Shown here in pieces: positions 62,861 through 64,000 of a DNA stretch of 64,000 bases. The stretch lies in NCBI RefSeq assembly GCF_963921235.1, contig NC_086109.1, positions 20,710,001 to 20,774,000 on the forward strand, in the 5' to 3' direction. The stretch is from Mobula hypostoma. Its lineage: Eukaryota. The notes under the pieces are model-generated. The model did not search any database. It worked only from the letters and a program-made list of their open reading frames with translations, and was not told the DNA's origin. Each line of letters starts with the position of its first letter. Within the stretch, counting starts at the first letter, position 1. Position numbers and translations under genes: made by a program.

Positions 62861-64000
62861 TGTTTATTCTTGCGTAATGTTGAGAATGTTTAAATGAGCT
62901 TTTGTGATTATCAAGAAAATTTGTGACTTTGTTTAGTTTCACAGCCTTGGAAAATGTAAAAACCCATACAGGGATTTGCAGAAAATGCAGCCATAGATTT
63001 TGGAATTAATACTGTCTCTGAGTGCTTTGAGAAGGAAAGGAAAATTTACTGTGGATTGATTATTCACAACTTCGGTGTAGGCGGGTACGGTTTTTTTAAA
63101 GGGGCTATTTAGGGTCGTGAGTCATGCAATTTTTCATGTAAATTGAAAGTGTACAGCATGCCACCTATAAAAAGTACTCAATGCTACTTGAACATAAAAA
63201 CGTATTTTGACTGAAATTTGTGTCACTGTACTTATAAAGAGATTCCTAGACATCCCAATTAGTGTCACCCTCTCACTGACCCACTGACTGGGGCAGAGAG
63301 TCTGAAGGGATCTGCTCTGTGCAATAGCCTTAACCGGGAGGTGTAAGCAGTGTTGCACTGAGAACAAAGTCACCAGAGATATACTGTAGCTAGTGGATAT
63401 TGAAGTGTTTTACTCAACAAAATGAGGCACTCTTGGTGGAAGAGGCCTTTTCAACCCAACATTGCATGACATTTTATCAATCGACACATTTAATGTCAGA
63501 GAACTGTATACAATATACACTCTGAAATAGTTTTCCTTCGCAAACATCCAGGAAAACAAGTGCCCCAAAGAATGAATGACAGTTAAACATTAGAACCCCA
63601 AAGCCCCCACCCCCCGAGCTCTCCTCTCCCACGCACAAGCAGCAGCGAGGCAGCGACCCCCACCCTGTTGTCCCCTACCAGCAAAAAAAATTGGCGCCCT
63701 CCACCGAGCACTCAAGCATGCAGCAAAGTACTAATAAAGACACAGACTTGCAGTACCCCAAAGACTGCTCATTCACCTGGTAATGACGTACCACAGGCAC
63801 GCTCTTGCTCTATCTCTTGCTCTCTTTTGGGAAAAAGAGGTGTCTCCATTTCACAGCAAGAAAGGAGACATAACACACAACTCACTGATGTTAAAGGTCT
63901 GTTGCGTCACTTTTGCTGAGCTCTGTGCCCAGAGACTTGGCCCCGGGAAGGCTCAGGTGTCTGGTCACACAGCTGGCAGCCAACCTGCTGCCCCTGATGT

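Overview
Eukaryotic, repeat-dense vertebrate DNA. The mix of CR1, Rex/Babar and RTE LINEs, HE1-like tRNA SINEs and Penelope elements points to a cartilaginous fish, probably a ray (inference). Only two host-gene coding exons are supported, and they face away from each other, each in its own CpG island. One is the first coding exon of an ST7-family gene (minus strand, 8744-8897, most likely ST7L). The other is the 39-nt first coding exon of a capping protein alpha gene (plus strand, 52183-52221, most likely CAPZA1). In human these genes are tightly head-to-head; here about 43 kb of mostly transposon sequence separates them. That interval holds two decayed, LTR-bounded Gypsy elements with nested insertions, several chimeric DNA-transposon MITEs and many LINE fragments. 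The most striking signal is about 17 copies of a Penelope-associated minimal hammerhead ribozyme motif. Many lie in short inverted-arm insertions with 13-14 bp target-site duplications and a recurring tail asymmetry. Other unexplained signals are degenerate ~35-36 bp tandem arrays just downstream of both first exons, a pair of tandem palindromes with compensatory changes at 49456-49499, and a CTCF-like motif between the two promoters. No rRNA, true tRNA or CRISPR features were found. All calls are by eye; no alignment, search or folding program was run.
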